Below are positions 19,060-28,745 of a stretch of DNA of 64,000 bases, one piece after another. This DNA is from Chlamydiota bacterium (lineage in GTDB: Bacteria > Chlamydiota > Chlamydiia > Chlamydiales > JAAKFQ01). Positions within the stretch are counted from its first letter, which is position 1. Every line of letters begins with the position of its first letter. The notes beneath the pieces were generated by a model. That model was not told the DNA's origin. It did no database searches and worked only from the letters and a program-made list of their open reading frames with translations. The position numbers and the translations under genes are program-made. The stretch lies in contig JAAKFQ010000001.1 in NCBI GenBank assembly GCA_011064725.1, positions 1,650 through 65,649 on the forward strand, given 5' to 3'.

Positions 19060-19629
19060 ATGGCAAAAAAGACAAATGCCGAAGTGGCTGCAGAAAACGA
19101 AAAAAAAGCGAAAAAAACGCAAAAGTGGCTGTTTCAAAACGAATGGCTGGAAGCAAAGAAAACGACGTTTCATTTTGACGATCACGAGTATGAGCGTTTT
19201 TTGGTCGTGCATCCAGGAGCTGTTGCCATCATCCCAATTAACAAAGATGGCGATTTGATTCTTGTCAGGCAATACCGCAGTGCAATTGAACAACTCTCAC
19301 TAGAAATTCCCGCAGGGCGCATTGATGGAGATTTGCCGCCAGATGGTGAAGCACAAAGAGAATTGCAAGAAGAAATTGGCTTTAGGGCAAACAAGCTAAC
19401 CCCCTTTGGATCGCTCTATTCTGCTCCTGGATTTACAAATGAAAAAATCTACCTTTTTATTGCAGAAGACCTCGTGCCTTCAAAGTTGCCGCATGATGTA
19501 GGTGAAGTGATCGATATTGTCACTACTCCTTTATCTGATGCCATTCAATATATAGAAGAGGGTAAAATCGTGGACGCTAAAACTATTGTAAGTATCCTAC
19601 GCTTCGCTAATCGTATTCAGATGCTTTAG
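19060..19629 (+). CDS. Nudix hydrolase (ADP-ribose pyrophosphatase-like)
   Basis: Nudix box GRIDGDLPPDGEAQRELQEEIGF. Confidence 0.75.
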   Translation: MAKKTNAEVAAENEKKAKKTQKWLFQNEWLEAKKTTFHFDDHEYERFLVVHPGAVAIIPINKDGDLILVRQYRSAIEQLSLEIPAGRIDGDLPPDGEAQRELQEEIGFRANKLTPFGSLYSAPGFTNEKIYLFIAEDLVPSKLPHDVGEVIDIVTTPLSDAIQYIEEGKIVDAKTIVSILRFANRIQML

Positions 19630-20401
19630 GTATTTCTTGTGAAGGCTCATCGAACAGCCACTCGATCAAAAAACAAGGATCTTTTAAAAGTTTGTCAAAA
19701 TCAAATGTGCTAGGTTTTTTTTCTCTAGCGATTGTGTGCGTGAAAGGATATTGAATGTGAAAATCTGCATTTAGGTAACTGCAAGGCATTTGCAAAAGAG
19801 AAGAATCGAGTTTTTTATTGGGGTGCTGTTTTCCAATAAATGCAGAGTAAGGATGTTTAGGTTTTGTTTCTTGAAACTTAGCTTCAATAAATCCATCTAG
19901 AGGATCGCCATATTCATCAATCAAAATGTTGAATTTTTTTGTCAGTAAATTGGACGCATCATTGAGCGCGTTTTTCATTCGGTGTTTGATCCAGCTCTCG
20001 TAAGATTTAAGATGTTTTTCAAAAATGTGTTGCAATTTTGAACAACGCTTGAAACGAAGCTCTTTTTCTAGTGTTTTTACAAATTTTTCTTCAAAGGAGC
20101 TGAGTGAAGGTAATACAAACACTTTTTTTGAGCGTTTCTTTTTGAAAAATGTTTTAAAAAATTGCATTGCCTTAGCATCGGATTGAAAAGCGTGGTAATG
20201 GGCATCCCGTTGAAACTGTTTTAAATGCTCAATAAATTTTTTAGCAGACGATTTGGGAATATACACGGTTCCATCATTGTCTTGAATCCCATTGAGTTTG
20301 TCCATCGTTTCTATCATAACAACGCTTGTGGAACGATCCAAATAATTAATAAGACCTTTTAAAATACCAAGTTGATTTTCAAAAACGAGAAATGTTGCCA
20401 T
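19607..20401 (-). CDS. Hypothetical protein
   Basis: 264-aa ORF starting with ATG. No motif recognised. Its 3' end overlaps the Nudix gene convergently by 23 nt. Confidence 0.4.
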   Translation of the reverse strand: MATFLVFENQLGILKGLINYLDRSTSVVMIETMDKLNGIQDNDGTVYIPKSSAKKFIEHLKQFQRDAHYHAFQSDAKAMQFFKTFFKKKRSKKVFVLPSLSSFEEKFVKTLEKELRFKRCSKLQHIFEKHLKSYESWIKHRMKNALNDASNLLTKKFNILIDEYGDPLDGFIEAKFQETKPKHPYSAFIGKQHPNKKLDSSLLQMPCSYLNADFHIQYPFTHTIAREKKPSTFDFDKLLKDPCFLIEWLFDEPSQEIPKASEYD

Positions 20402-20488
20402 AGATTTTCTTCCTTGTTGGAAGTTATCAGATTAACACAACCCCCAAGCAGATGGCAACAATTTTTGCTTCAAATATTTTTTTGACAA

Positions 20489-20646
20489 TTGATGTGATGC
20501 GAAAAATCCAATTTAGAGGAAGAGCGAAAGGGGCAAGATACAAGTATTGCTCGGAAGTTCAACTCCATGAGAGTTGGACAAGGAGCAATGCAAAGTAGGT
20601 TGCTCCTTGCAGCCTTCCTATAGGTAGGATTTTTGCGTTACATCGA
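20489..20646 (-). mobile_element. Family-A MITE copy A6 (158 bp)
   Basis: TIRs ttgatgtgatgcgaaaaatcc / ggatttttgcgttacatcga and central hairpin caactc..gagttg. Flanks ttgacaa/ttgatac (5/7). Overlaps the lgt stop codon. Confidence 0.85.
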
Positions 20647-21495
20647 TTGATACCTCAAGCGCTTAGAATAAATAACAAAGAAAACACCAAGCAATACAAT
20701 AGGAAGACTCAATATTGCGCCCATATTTAAAAAAGGCACATGCCAAAGGCTTTGCTCTAATTTGAAAAATTCAGCAATAGCTCTAAAGGTAAACATATTA
20801 ATTAAAAAGAGCCCACTGAAAAATCCCCTACCCTTATTTTTCAATTTTCGAAAAAGCGCTATAAGGACAAAAGCGCTGATTAAATAAAAAAATGCTTCGT
20901 AAAGCTGTACAGGATGACGTGGAACAAAAGGTGTTGCTCCTGCAGGGTTGCCAAACCTAACCGCCCAAGGCAAGGTTGTTTCTGTACCCATAATTTCTTG
21001 ATTCATAAAGTTTCCAGCACGTATAAAAAAGCTGGCAAACCCAATACTAACAGCGATGAGGTCAAAGAAAAACAAGCTGCTAAGGCCATACAATCGATCT
21101 TTGTAGATACGGCAAAAAAGCAAAATGCTTAAGACGATTCCAATCACAGCTCCATGTGAGGCAAGCCCTCCTTCCCAAGTCATAGGTATCTCCCAAAGGC
21201 GGTGCTTGAAATAGGCCCAATCATAAAAAAAGACGTGAAACAATCTAGCTCCAACAATAGCACCCACCATCACATACAAAAAGATCTTTTCATAAGAAAA
21301 CTTATGGAAAGCCAGTATTTCTTTTTTTTCTTTGTCTTTGAAGGCAGGAAAATCATTCAATAAAAACTGTTTGTACAGTTTTTGCAGAACAAACAAACTC
21401 AACATGCAACCAACAGCAAAAAAAATCCCATACCATGCAATGGGCCTATTAAAAAAAGGTATGTAAAATGCAATAGGATCTGGATTAAAGATCAT
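20638..21495 (-). CDS. lgt: Prolipoprotein diacylglyceryl transferase
   Basis: IAWYGIFFAVG N-terminal signature, HPVQLYEA motif, multi-TM. Confidence 0.85.
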   Translation of the reverse strand: MIFNPDPIAFYIPFFNRPIAWYGIFFAVGCMLSLFVLQKLYKQFLLNDFPAFKDKEKKEILAFHKFSYEKIFLYVMVGAIVGARLFHVFFYDWAYFKHRLWEIPMTWEGGLASHGAVIGIVLSILLFCRIYKDRLYGLSSLFFFDLIAVSIGFASFFIRAGNFMNQEIMGTETTLPWAVRFGNPAGATPFVPRHPVQLYEAFFYLISAFVLIALFRKLKNKGRGFFSGLFLINMFTFRAIAEFFKLEQSLWHVPFLNMGAILSLPIVLLGVFFVIYSKRLRYQSM

Positions 21496-21977
21496 GATTT
21501 TCCTCCACTTTCAGAATAGGTTTTTACAGCTTTGCTAAATTGAAAATAGAGCGCGCTGCCATTTAGAAGCCCTATGCCGACTGTCAGCATAACAAAAGCC
21601 TTTACATCTTGAGGGATATGTAAAAGACGCAAAATAAGCCCTAAAGAGAGCATACAAAAAACTAAAAGGTAAAATGTCACAGGATAAAGTTTTTTTAAAA
21701 CAACAGGATTTTCCATTTTTAAGAGTTTTGATGTCATTTTCTTTACCATGCGCATCAACAAAAAACGCGCTTTTAAAAACCCCAAAATCATTGCGACTAA
21801 GAAAAGAACAAAAAAGCCCATTTCTTTTGCAGGAAAAAGAGGCAAAATCCAAAGGGTTGTATCTTGCATTTCATACGCTTTAAAAAAAAACACAACGCCA
21901 CTCACAACTAAGAATAAGCCAATAAAAAACCAAATAATACCTGTGAGCCTAAGCGCTTGAGAATGTTTAAGCTTCAT
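21492..21977 (-). CDS. Membrane protein, unknown function
   Basis: 161 aa with 4 hydrophobic segments. 4-nt overlaps with mgtE and lgt suggest one operon. Confidence 0.45.
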   Translation of the reverse strand: MKLKHSQALRLTGIIWFFIGLFLVVSGVVFFFKAYEMQDTTLWILPLFPAKEMGFFVLFLVAMILGFLKARFLLMRMVKKMTSKLLKMENPVVLKKLYPVTFYLLVFCMLSLGLILRLLHIPQDVKAFVMLTVGIGLLNGSALYFQFSKAVKTYSESGGKS

Positions 21978-23428
21978 ATCAAAAGTCCTGTTAAAAAGGT
22001 GGCCACGATGAAATAGATCACCATGGATAAAAAGTCATTAAACGCCGTGATAATGGGGCCTGCTGCAACCGCAGGATCAATGCCAATATTGACAAATACA
22101 AGAGGTGAAAAGACACCAAGAAAAGTGCCAGCAATGCATGCGCTAATCAATCCCCCACTAATAATCAAACCAATCGCCGCAGGATAATAGACCGTATCAT
22201 TATGCATGCCAAAAAAACTTAGGAAAAAGACTATTAAGCCTGCTCCAATTCCAAAAACAACGCCTAACGACATGCCCAACACAAGCTCTTTTAAAGCCAT
22301 GTTTTTGCGATTTTTCTTTGTGATCATATTCAGCGCCATGTAACGCACCAAAACGGTACTGTTTTGCAGGCCAATATTTCCAGAAAGCCCTGTAATTAAA
22401 GGAACAAAGAAAAGTAAAAAAGTAAGAAAATGGGGCGCATTTTCATTATAATATTCCATCACTTCCATATTAATAAGGCCAGCTATCAATGTGACAAGCA
22501 GCCAGGGCGCACGCGCAAAAAAACGTTTAATCCCTCTTTGTGAATCGGTCAACTTTTCGTTGGTACCACCAATGGTTGCAATCGTTTCGTCTGCAATATC
22601 TCCAATTGCTTCTATCACATCTTCATGGGTAATCACGCCAAGCAACACATTATGATGATCTACAACAGGTAGGGCAGAAATCTTATAACGCTCGACCACA
22701 TCGACAACCTCCTCTCTTGAAGTCTCTTGATTCACTTTGTGATACACAGGACGCATGATTTTTTTAAGTGGTAATTTATTATCATTGACAATCAAGTTGC
22801 GTGCAGGCACATAGCCTACAAGTTGCCTTTGTTCATTGACAACAAAAATACGTTTTGTCATCTCAACGCCAGGATAATTGCTAATGATTTTGGCAACCTC
22901 TTTGATCGTCTTATCGGGTGTGAATAAAAAATACTCATTTTTCATCAAACGCGCTGCAGATTTGGGCTCATGTTTGACAAGCTCTTTAATTTGAAGTGCC
23001 TTTTTGACATCCAATTTATCTAAGATTTTACGAAACCTGCGAGCGGACAAATCCTCTGTCATACTAACAGCTTCATCAAGAGGCATGTATTCTAATAATT
23101 CTTTTAATTCATGATCATCAATCTGCCTTAATACCGCTGTTCTTGTGTCTCCATCTGTTTCAATAATAAAGGTCACTTTATCATCTAAATCTTTTAAATT
23201 TTCATAAAGGACGCTGCGATCTTGAAGAGGAATTCTAGAAGCTGCTACAGCAAGGTCAATGGGGCTATGTTCTAGAGCAATTTTGGCAACGTTATGCAAA
23301 TAAACAGCTGATGTTGTTCTATGAAAGGCCCTTTTGAGTTTCTCCAGAAGAATATCATCGAGCTGGGCCGTTTTTAAATCAAGAGGATGGTAAACATTTT
23401 TTACCTTATCTTTTACACTCATTATCAC
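21974..23428 (-). CDS. mgtE: Magnesium transporter MgtE
   Basis: MgtE N-domain, CBS pair (…ALPVVDHHNVLLGVITHEDV…), and a C-terminal 5-TM domain ending …FNDFLSMVIYF. Confidence 0.85.
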   Translation of the reverse strand: MIMSVKDKVKNVYHPLDLKTAQLDDILLEKLKRAFHRTTSAVYLHNVAKIALEHSPIDLAVAASRIPLQDRSVLYENLKDLDDKVTFIIETDGDTRTAVLRQIDDHELKELLEYMPLDEAVSMTEDLSARRFRKILDKLDVKKALQIKELVKHEPKSAARLMKNEYFLFTPDKTIKEVAKIISNYPGVEMTKRIFVVNEQRQLVGYVPARNLIVNDNKLPLKKIMRPVYHKVNQETSREEVVDVVERYKISALPVVDHHNVLLGVITHEDVIEAIGDIADETIATIGGTNEKLTDSQRGIKRFFARAPWLLVTLIAGLINMEVMEYYNENAPHFLTFLLFFVPLITGLSGNIGLQNSTVLVRYMALNMITKKNRKNMALKELVLGMSLGVVFGIGAGLIVFFLSFFGMHNDTVYYPAAIGLIISGGLISACIAGTFLGVFSPLVFVNIGIDPAVAAGPIITAFNDFLSMVIYFIVATFLTGLLI

Positions 23429-23574
23429 CTCTTTGTCATCCCAACCAGTGTAGTCGTCTTAGTAAAAACAATCAAATAAAATCTTCTAGATAAACTCAAT
23501 AGAATCTTCATGGCGTGATAAAAGATGTTTGACATTGATTTTTAAAAAAAAAGAGTTTAAAATGAGCTAAACAG

Positions 23575-23664
23575 CTGGCGTTATGCATTAAATTCTTTAG
23601 AGGAGGACGTAGTAGATTGTTCCTTGTAGCCCTCCTATGGATGGAATGTAATGCATAACGTCAG
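23575..23664 (-). mobile_element. Family-A MITE copy A7, internally deleted (90 bp)
   Basis: Both TIRs are present (ctggcgttatgcattaaattc / gaatgtaatgcataacgtcag) but the central ~68 bp is missing. Flanks taaacag/taaataa (5/7). Confidence 0.75.
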
Positions 23665-23682
23665 TAAATAAATCGGTTTAAA

Positions 23683-25617
23683 ATGCAAACTTCACAAAAT
23701 CAAAAAGATAATCTTTTGCAGTTAAAAGATTCTTTGAATCAAGGAGAGATTGAAAAAAGTTTACACCTTTTTGAAAAAATCCATTCTCAAGGGATTGATA
23801 CGGCGCATTTAGAGCTTTTCACAGAGTGTTTGACGCTGTTTAACAAATTTTTAGAATCGAAAAGTGAAGCTGAACTTGAAGATATCTGCTCTTTATGTAC
23901 AAAAACCATCGAAAAACACCAAAATCCAAGCGCGCATTTTTTCTACATTGTGGGACAATGCTATTTGCACTATGGCATCAAAACCGAGCAACTAGATGCT
24001 CTTAAACAAGCAAAAAATTATTTTTACTCAGCTTTGGAAAATAGGAAAGATCTTTCAAAAGAAAATTTGGCACTTTATCTCTGGGCACAAGCTCTAACCT
24101 CCTTTTACATCGGACACATCCAGGATGATCGTTTTTATTTAAGAAAATCTATTGGCGAATATGAAATGATCAATGATAAGGATGTTCTATTGCCTCTTTA
24201 TTTTATCAACAAAGCCCAAAGCTACTTGGCGCTGGCTAAAAAAAACAAAGACAAAGACCTTTTGCATTTGGCAATCAAATATTTGAAACAAGGCAAGCAA
24301 TTAGATCCCAATTCCTTAGAGATTGATTTTTACCTATTTGTAGGTTATCAAAATCTCTATAAACTGAATTTAGAAGATCACACATTTACGATTGCAAATC
24401 AAACCTTAAAGAATATTGAAAATAGCCCTCTATTTTCTGCCTTGATGTATGAAAAATGGGCAGATCTTTTACATTTTGCTGCTGAAGTAAAAAATGATGA
24501 GGAATGTTTAAAGCAGGCTATTGAAAAATATCGCCTTGGGCTCCAGTTAGATCCTCCCAACATCTCTCTTTTGGAAAGTTTCTGCATCGCTCATTGTAAG
24601 CTTGCTATCATTAAAGAAGATGTCACGTTTTTAAATGAACCTTTAAAAGCATTGCAAGATCAAGACCTGCCTCTTGCACAAGGTTATATTCTTTTGGCAA
24701 AAGGGTTATATTTTAAAGAGTTGAGTTTTCTCAACGCTGCAAAAGAACATTTTCAAAAAGCACTAGAACATGATTCTAAACGCTATGAAATTTGGCAAGC
24801 TATGGGGCTTTTACATTTTGGTCTTTCTGTGTTTCTGGAGCCTGTGATCTATTTTGAAAAAGCCATCTACTGTTTTGAAAAGGCTCTTTCTTTTAATGAT
24901 TACTACATTCAGGTAAAGATGGATTTGGCCATCCTCTATTTTTATTTAGCCAAGGCCACAAAAAATGTGGCTATTCTAAGAAAGGCAATTAAAATTTTTG
25001 AACAAGAATCTCTGCACAAAGAACACAATAACCATCTTAATCCAAACTGGCTCTATAGCTATGGATGTGCTCTATGTCTTTATGGAGATTTAAGCCAGGA
25101 TGAAACCCACTATCTTCGCGCCATTTTAACCCTCGCTCAAATCGTGGAGTTACATCCTCACATGAATCATGCCCGTTTTCAACTGGGACTTGCTTGCGCC
25201 TTTTTTGGAGAAACCACACAAAGTGCACACTATTTAAAACGCGCGCTTTATTATTTTAACGAAGTGATTGATCGTGATCATGAAGATGATAGAGCCTATA
25301 TCGAAGCGGCCATCTGCATGCTTAATTTAGCAGAAGTTCAACCTTCCATTGCAAAAGTGGCTTTCTTGGCTTCTGCTGAAGACTACTTAAAGCGCGCCCT
25401 TTTCTTAGGAAATGAACAAAGTTATTATTATCTTGCATGTATTTACTCACTTTTTGGTAGAATAGGACAGTCTATTGAATTTTTGAAAAAGTCAAAACTC
25501 AATGGAACATTGCCAGAAATGACAGAACTTTATGAAGATGAATGGCTAGAAAATGTACGCAAATCCAGTGATTTTGAAAAATTTGTTGGTGAAGTAGAAC
25601 AAGAATTGAAAAGATGA
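23683..25617 (+). CDS. Helical-repeat (TPR-like) protein
   Basis: 644 aa, all-helical, with recurring A..Y/F..AL motifs. Stop overlaps the yidC start (ATGA). Confidence 0.45.
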   Translation: MQTSQNQKDNLLQLKDSLNQGEIEKSLHLFEKIHSQGIDTAHLELFTECLTLFNKFLESKSEAELEDICSLCTKTIEKHQNPSAHFFYIVGQCYLHYGIKTEQLDALKQAKNYFYSALENRKDLSKENLALYLWAQALTSFYIGHIQDDRFYLRKSIGEYEMINDKDVLLPLYFINKAQSYLALAKKNKDKDLLHLAIKYLKQGKQLDPNSLEIDFYLFVGYQNLYKLNLEDHTFTIANQTLKNIENSPLFSALMYEKWADLLHFAAEVKNDEECLKQAIEKYRLGLQLDPPNISLLESFCIAHCKLAIIKEDVTFLNEPLKALQDQDLPLAQGYILLAKGLYFKELSFLNAAKEHFQKALEHDSKRYEIWQAMGLLHFGLSVFLEPVIYFEKAIYCFEKALSFNDYYIQVKMDLAILYFYLAKATKNVAILRKAIKIFEQESLHKEHNNHLNPNWLYSYGCALCLYGDLSQDETHYLRAILTLAQIVELHPHMNHARFQLGLACAFFGETTQSAHYLKRALYYFNEVIDRDHEDDRAYIEAAICMLNLAEVQPSIAKVAFLASAEDYLKRALFLGNEQSYYYLACIYSLFGRIGQSIEFLKKSKLNGTLPEMTELYEDEWLENVRKSSDFEKFVGEVEQELKR

Positions 25618-27344
25618 AAGACAAAAAAGGCTACTATTTATCTGTATTGTTATTTACAGTCTGTTTTTTCTTTTTAAACCATTACCTTTTTCCAGCAAAA
25701 AGCATTTTTGAAACACAAAATGAAAACACTGAAACAGCTGCAATCGAATACAAACAAGAGACCAAAGAAGCCCCACTTAAGTCTATTGCACTCGATACAG
25801 AGGCCTCTTATGTTTTAGAAAATGCGCACTTTACTCTGCTTTTTTCAAAAAATGGCAATCTTCGTCAAATTTATCTTCCTATGCAAACACACAGTGCTAA
25901 AAGCTTGATTAAACCCACTTCCATTGACTACGAACTTGGAGATTTAAATCCTTACGTCGATGTAATCAACAGTGAAAGGAAAGAATCTCAATTTTCTACA
26001 AAAAATTTCTATCCCATGCTCAGATCTAATCAAAACCACGAATATGAGGCGTTTTCTCTCACAAACTCTACACCTTTTGAACTGATCGAACATAGCGACA
26101 AACACATTGTTTTTAAAGCTGACAACATCAAAAAAACATATACTCTCACAAACGATCCTTTTGTTTTTGATGTAAAATTGGAGTTTGATGAACCTCAAAC
26201 AGATCTATGGTTAGCATCAGGAATGTGTGATTCCGAAGTTGTGGCAAATTCTGTTCAATCATTCATCAAATATGGCGTCCAAAAAAAAGGTGAAGTGGAG
26301 ACAAAAGACCTAACGCTTCCCGAAGACAAGTCCTTGATTAGCTCTTTGCAGTACCACTGGCTTTCTATATCCAATGGACCTTTTGGAATGATTGTACAAC
26401 CCAAGAGCACACAGCTGGGTTTGATGATAGAAAAAATAGATAGCAAAAAGATTCCATCAAAACTTGCAACTTTAAGCACACCTGATCTAGATGAAAAACT
26501 AAAAACAGCTCCAGGGTATCTATGTAAATTTCCTGTTTCTAACCAAACGCAAGTAGAATTTAAAATCTTTGCAGGTCCTTATCAAAACAACCTTTTGAAG
26601 CAAATTAACCCCCTACTTTTAGATGCTCAAAATAACCAAGGATTTTTGACCTCCATTTCAAAGCCTTTTTCACGTATTTTGTTCTACATTTTGGAGTTTT
26701 TTTATAACCTGACACATTCTTGGGGTCTTTCGATCATCCTTTTAACGATTGCATTGCGTCTCATGCTCTATCCCCTCAATGCTTGGTCAATCAAACAAAA
26801 TCTAAAAACCCAAAAATTGTCTCCTCAAGTCAAAGTGATTAACGAAAAATATAAAAAAGATAAGCAAAAGCGCTCTATTGAAACAATGAAGCTTTATCGA
26901 AAAGAGGGTGCCAATCCCCTGACTGGTTGTTTTCCTATTCTGATCCAAATGCCCTTTTTGCTTGGTATGTTTGATCTTTTAAAAAACACTTTCCAATTAC
27001 GCGGAGCTAGCTTTATTCCAGGATGGATCACAAACCTTTCTGAACCCGATACTCTTTTTTCTTGGGGTTTTTCCATCATCTTTATTGGCACTTCCTTCCA
27101 TCTGCTTCCTGTTTTGAATGGCATAGCGATGTTTTTCCAACAACGCTTCTCAAGTTCTCTTCCTAAAGATCCTTCTCAATGGACAGATCAACAAAGACAG
27201 CAACGCACAATGGGAACTTTAATGCCCCTTTTCATCACCTTTGCTTTTTACAATTTCCCAGCAGGCTTAAATCTGTATTGGCTCTCTTCTACAATTCTTG
27301 GTGTCGGCCAACAATACTTGATGAAAAAGCTTTCCAAAAAATAG
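25614..27344 (+). CDS. yidC: Membrane protein insertase YidC
   Basis: Large periplasmic domain followed by the conserved core …MKLYRKEGANPLTGCFPILIQMPFLLGMF…. Confidence 0.85.
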   Translation: MKDKKGYYLSVLLFTVCFFFLNHYLFPAKSIFETQNENTETAAIEYKQETKEAPLKSIALDTEASYVLENAHFTLLFSKNGNLRQIYLPMQTHSAKSLIKPTSIDYELGDLNPYVDVINSERKESQFSTKNFYPMLRSNQNHEYEAFSLTNSTPFELIEHSDKHIVFKADNIKKTYTLTNDPFVFDVKLEFDEPQTDLWLASGMCDSEVVANSVQSFIKYGVQKKGEVETKDLTLPEDKSLISSLQYHWLSISNGPFGMIVQPKSTQLGLMIEKIDSKKIPSKLATLSTPDLDEKLKTAPGYLCKFPVSNQTQVEFKIFAGPYQNNLLKQINPLLLDAQNNQGFLTSISKPFSRILFYILEFFYNLTHSWGLSIILLTIALRLMLYPLNAWSIKQNLKTQKLSPQVKVINEKYKKDKQKRSIETMKLYRKEGANPLTGCFPILIQMPFLLGMFDLLKNTFQLRGASFIPGWITNLSEPDTLFSWGFSIIFIGTSFHLLPVLNGIAMFFQQRFSSSLPKDPSQWTDQQRQQRTMGTLMPLFITFAFYNFPAGLNLYWLSSTILGVGQQYLMKKLSKK

Positions 27345-27391
27345 TGCTTTTTGTGTATTTTGGACCTAATACCAAATGTAAGAATTAAATC

Positions 27392-28654
27392 ATGCAAATC
27401 TGGAAAGCGTTTATAAAACATCAGAACAAAAAGTTTAACCAAGACAATCGTCACTGGCTACTCAACTTCACCCTTAAAGGTTTTGACGCAAGAAACCTGT
27501 ATTTAGAAGCTAAAAGCCCTTTTCACGCGCTCTGGTTTGAAGAACACCTTAAATCACGTTTCGATACATTTATACGTGAAAATAGCCATCGCCCTATTAA
27601 GGTACACCTAGAGCTCCCAAACACACAAGAAGAACAAAAGCCTCGCACATTCTTACAACGCCTTAAAGAGGATACGATTTTGCATCCTAGGATGACCTTT
27701 GAACACTATATCCAATCTCCTGAAAACCATTTTGCGATTGATGTTGCTAAACAAGCAATCCAAGCTAAAGATCCATGCTTAATTTTTTTCTCTGGAATTC
27801 GAGGGTGTGGAAAATCGCATTTGCTTCAAAGCTTAACCTATTTTGCTAAATCCCTTTCACTCAATGCAATCTATGTCACTGTCCAAACATTTACCAATCA
27901 CTTTGTCACAGCCATTCGCTTAAATCAAATGGGCACATTTCGTAATTTTTACAGAAATGCTGAGTGTTTAGCCATTGATGATTGTGAAGTGTTTGAAAAC
28001 AAAAATACCACACAAGAAGAATTTTTCCATCTATTCAATCATCTGCATCTAAACAAAATCCCCATGCTATTTTCCTCTCTGAATCACCCTAATCATTTTC
28101 AAAACATTGAGCCTAGAATCACATCACGTCTGCAGTGGGGCGTCTGTCTAAAACTTTACCCTCTTAAGCCCCATGAAATCAAACTCATGATGCAAAAACG
28201 CATAGAAGCTCTCAACGTCCATATAGATGAAGCAGTATTAGATCACATTTTCAAAACACAGCATTCCAATACAGCGATTCAAAAGACATTTGATGCGCTT
28301 TTTTTCCGCATGCATTTAAACCAGCTTAAGTCTATCGACTTGCCTCAAGTCCTCGAATTACTAGAAGATTATTTTCAAAAAGCGCCTACGTTTGACGGTA
28401 TTTTACATCATGTCGCAAAACATTTTGCCATCACAAAAAAAGACATCTTATCAAAAAGCAAGCTAAAAAAATATGCACGGGCCAGAAAAATCTCTATGTT
28501 TCTATGCCGCAAAAATCTCCATCTTCCCTACACACAGCTCAGCAAGCTCTTTCAGAAAGACCACTCTACGGTCATTACAAGCGTCAAAATAATTGAGCAG
28601 TCTAAAGATACTGAAATACAAAAAACACTCGATGTCCTAGAAGCTGCGCTCTAA
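27392..28654 (+). CDS. dnaA: Chromosomal replication initiator DnaA (divergent, short N-terminus)
   Basis: Walker A GIRGCGKSHLLQS, Walker B LAIDDCEVF, and C-terminal DNA-binding signature …ISMFLCRKNLHLPYTQLSKLFQKDHSTVITS. Confidence 0.8.
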   Translation: MQIWKAFIKHQNKKFNQDNRHWLLNFTLKGFDARNLYLEAKSPFHALWFEEHLKSRFDTFIRENSHRPIKVHLELPNTQEEQKPRTFLQRLKEDTILHPRMTFEHYIQSPENHFAIDVAKQAIQAKDPCLIFFSGIRGCGKSHLLQSLTYFAKSLSLNAIYVTVQTFTNHFVTAIRLNQMGTFRNFYRNAECLAIDDCEVFENKNTTQEEFFHLFNHLHLNKIPMLFSSLNHPNHFQNIEPRITSRLQWGVCLKLYPLKPHEIKLMMQKRIEALNVHIDEAVLDHIFKTQHSNTAIQKTFDALFFRMHLNQLKSIDLPQVLELLEDYFQKAPTFDGILHHVAKHFAITKKDILSKSKLKKYARARKISMFLCRKNLHLPYTQLSKLFQKDHSTVITSVKIIEQSKDTEIQKTLDVLEAAL

Positions 28655-28672
28655 AAACCCAAGTTTTGGGTT
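28654..28672 (+). terminator. Possible intrinsic terminator after dnaA
   Basis: Hairpin aaacccaa-gtt-ttgggttt directly after the stop, followed by atttc. The T-tract is weak. Confidence 0.35.
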
Positions 28673-28679
28673 TATTTCA

Positions 28680-28745
28680 CTCATTCTCAGTGAGATAATT
28701 CTTTCTCCTCATGATACTGAATAAACTAAACTTAGAAACTCAGGT
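28680..28745. mobile_element. Family-B MITE-like element, right arm only (half copy)
   Basis: Ends …ctgaataaactaaacttagaaactcaggt followed by TA. This is the perfect reverse complement of the left terminus at 17498-17526. Its terminus contributes to the stop codon of the NSS transporter. Confidence 0.7.
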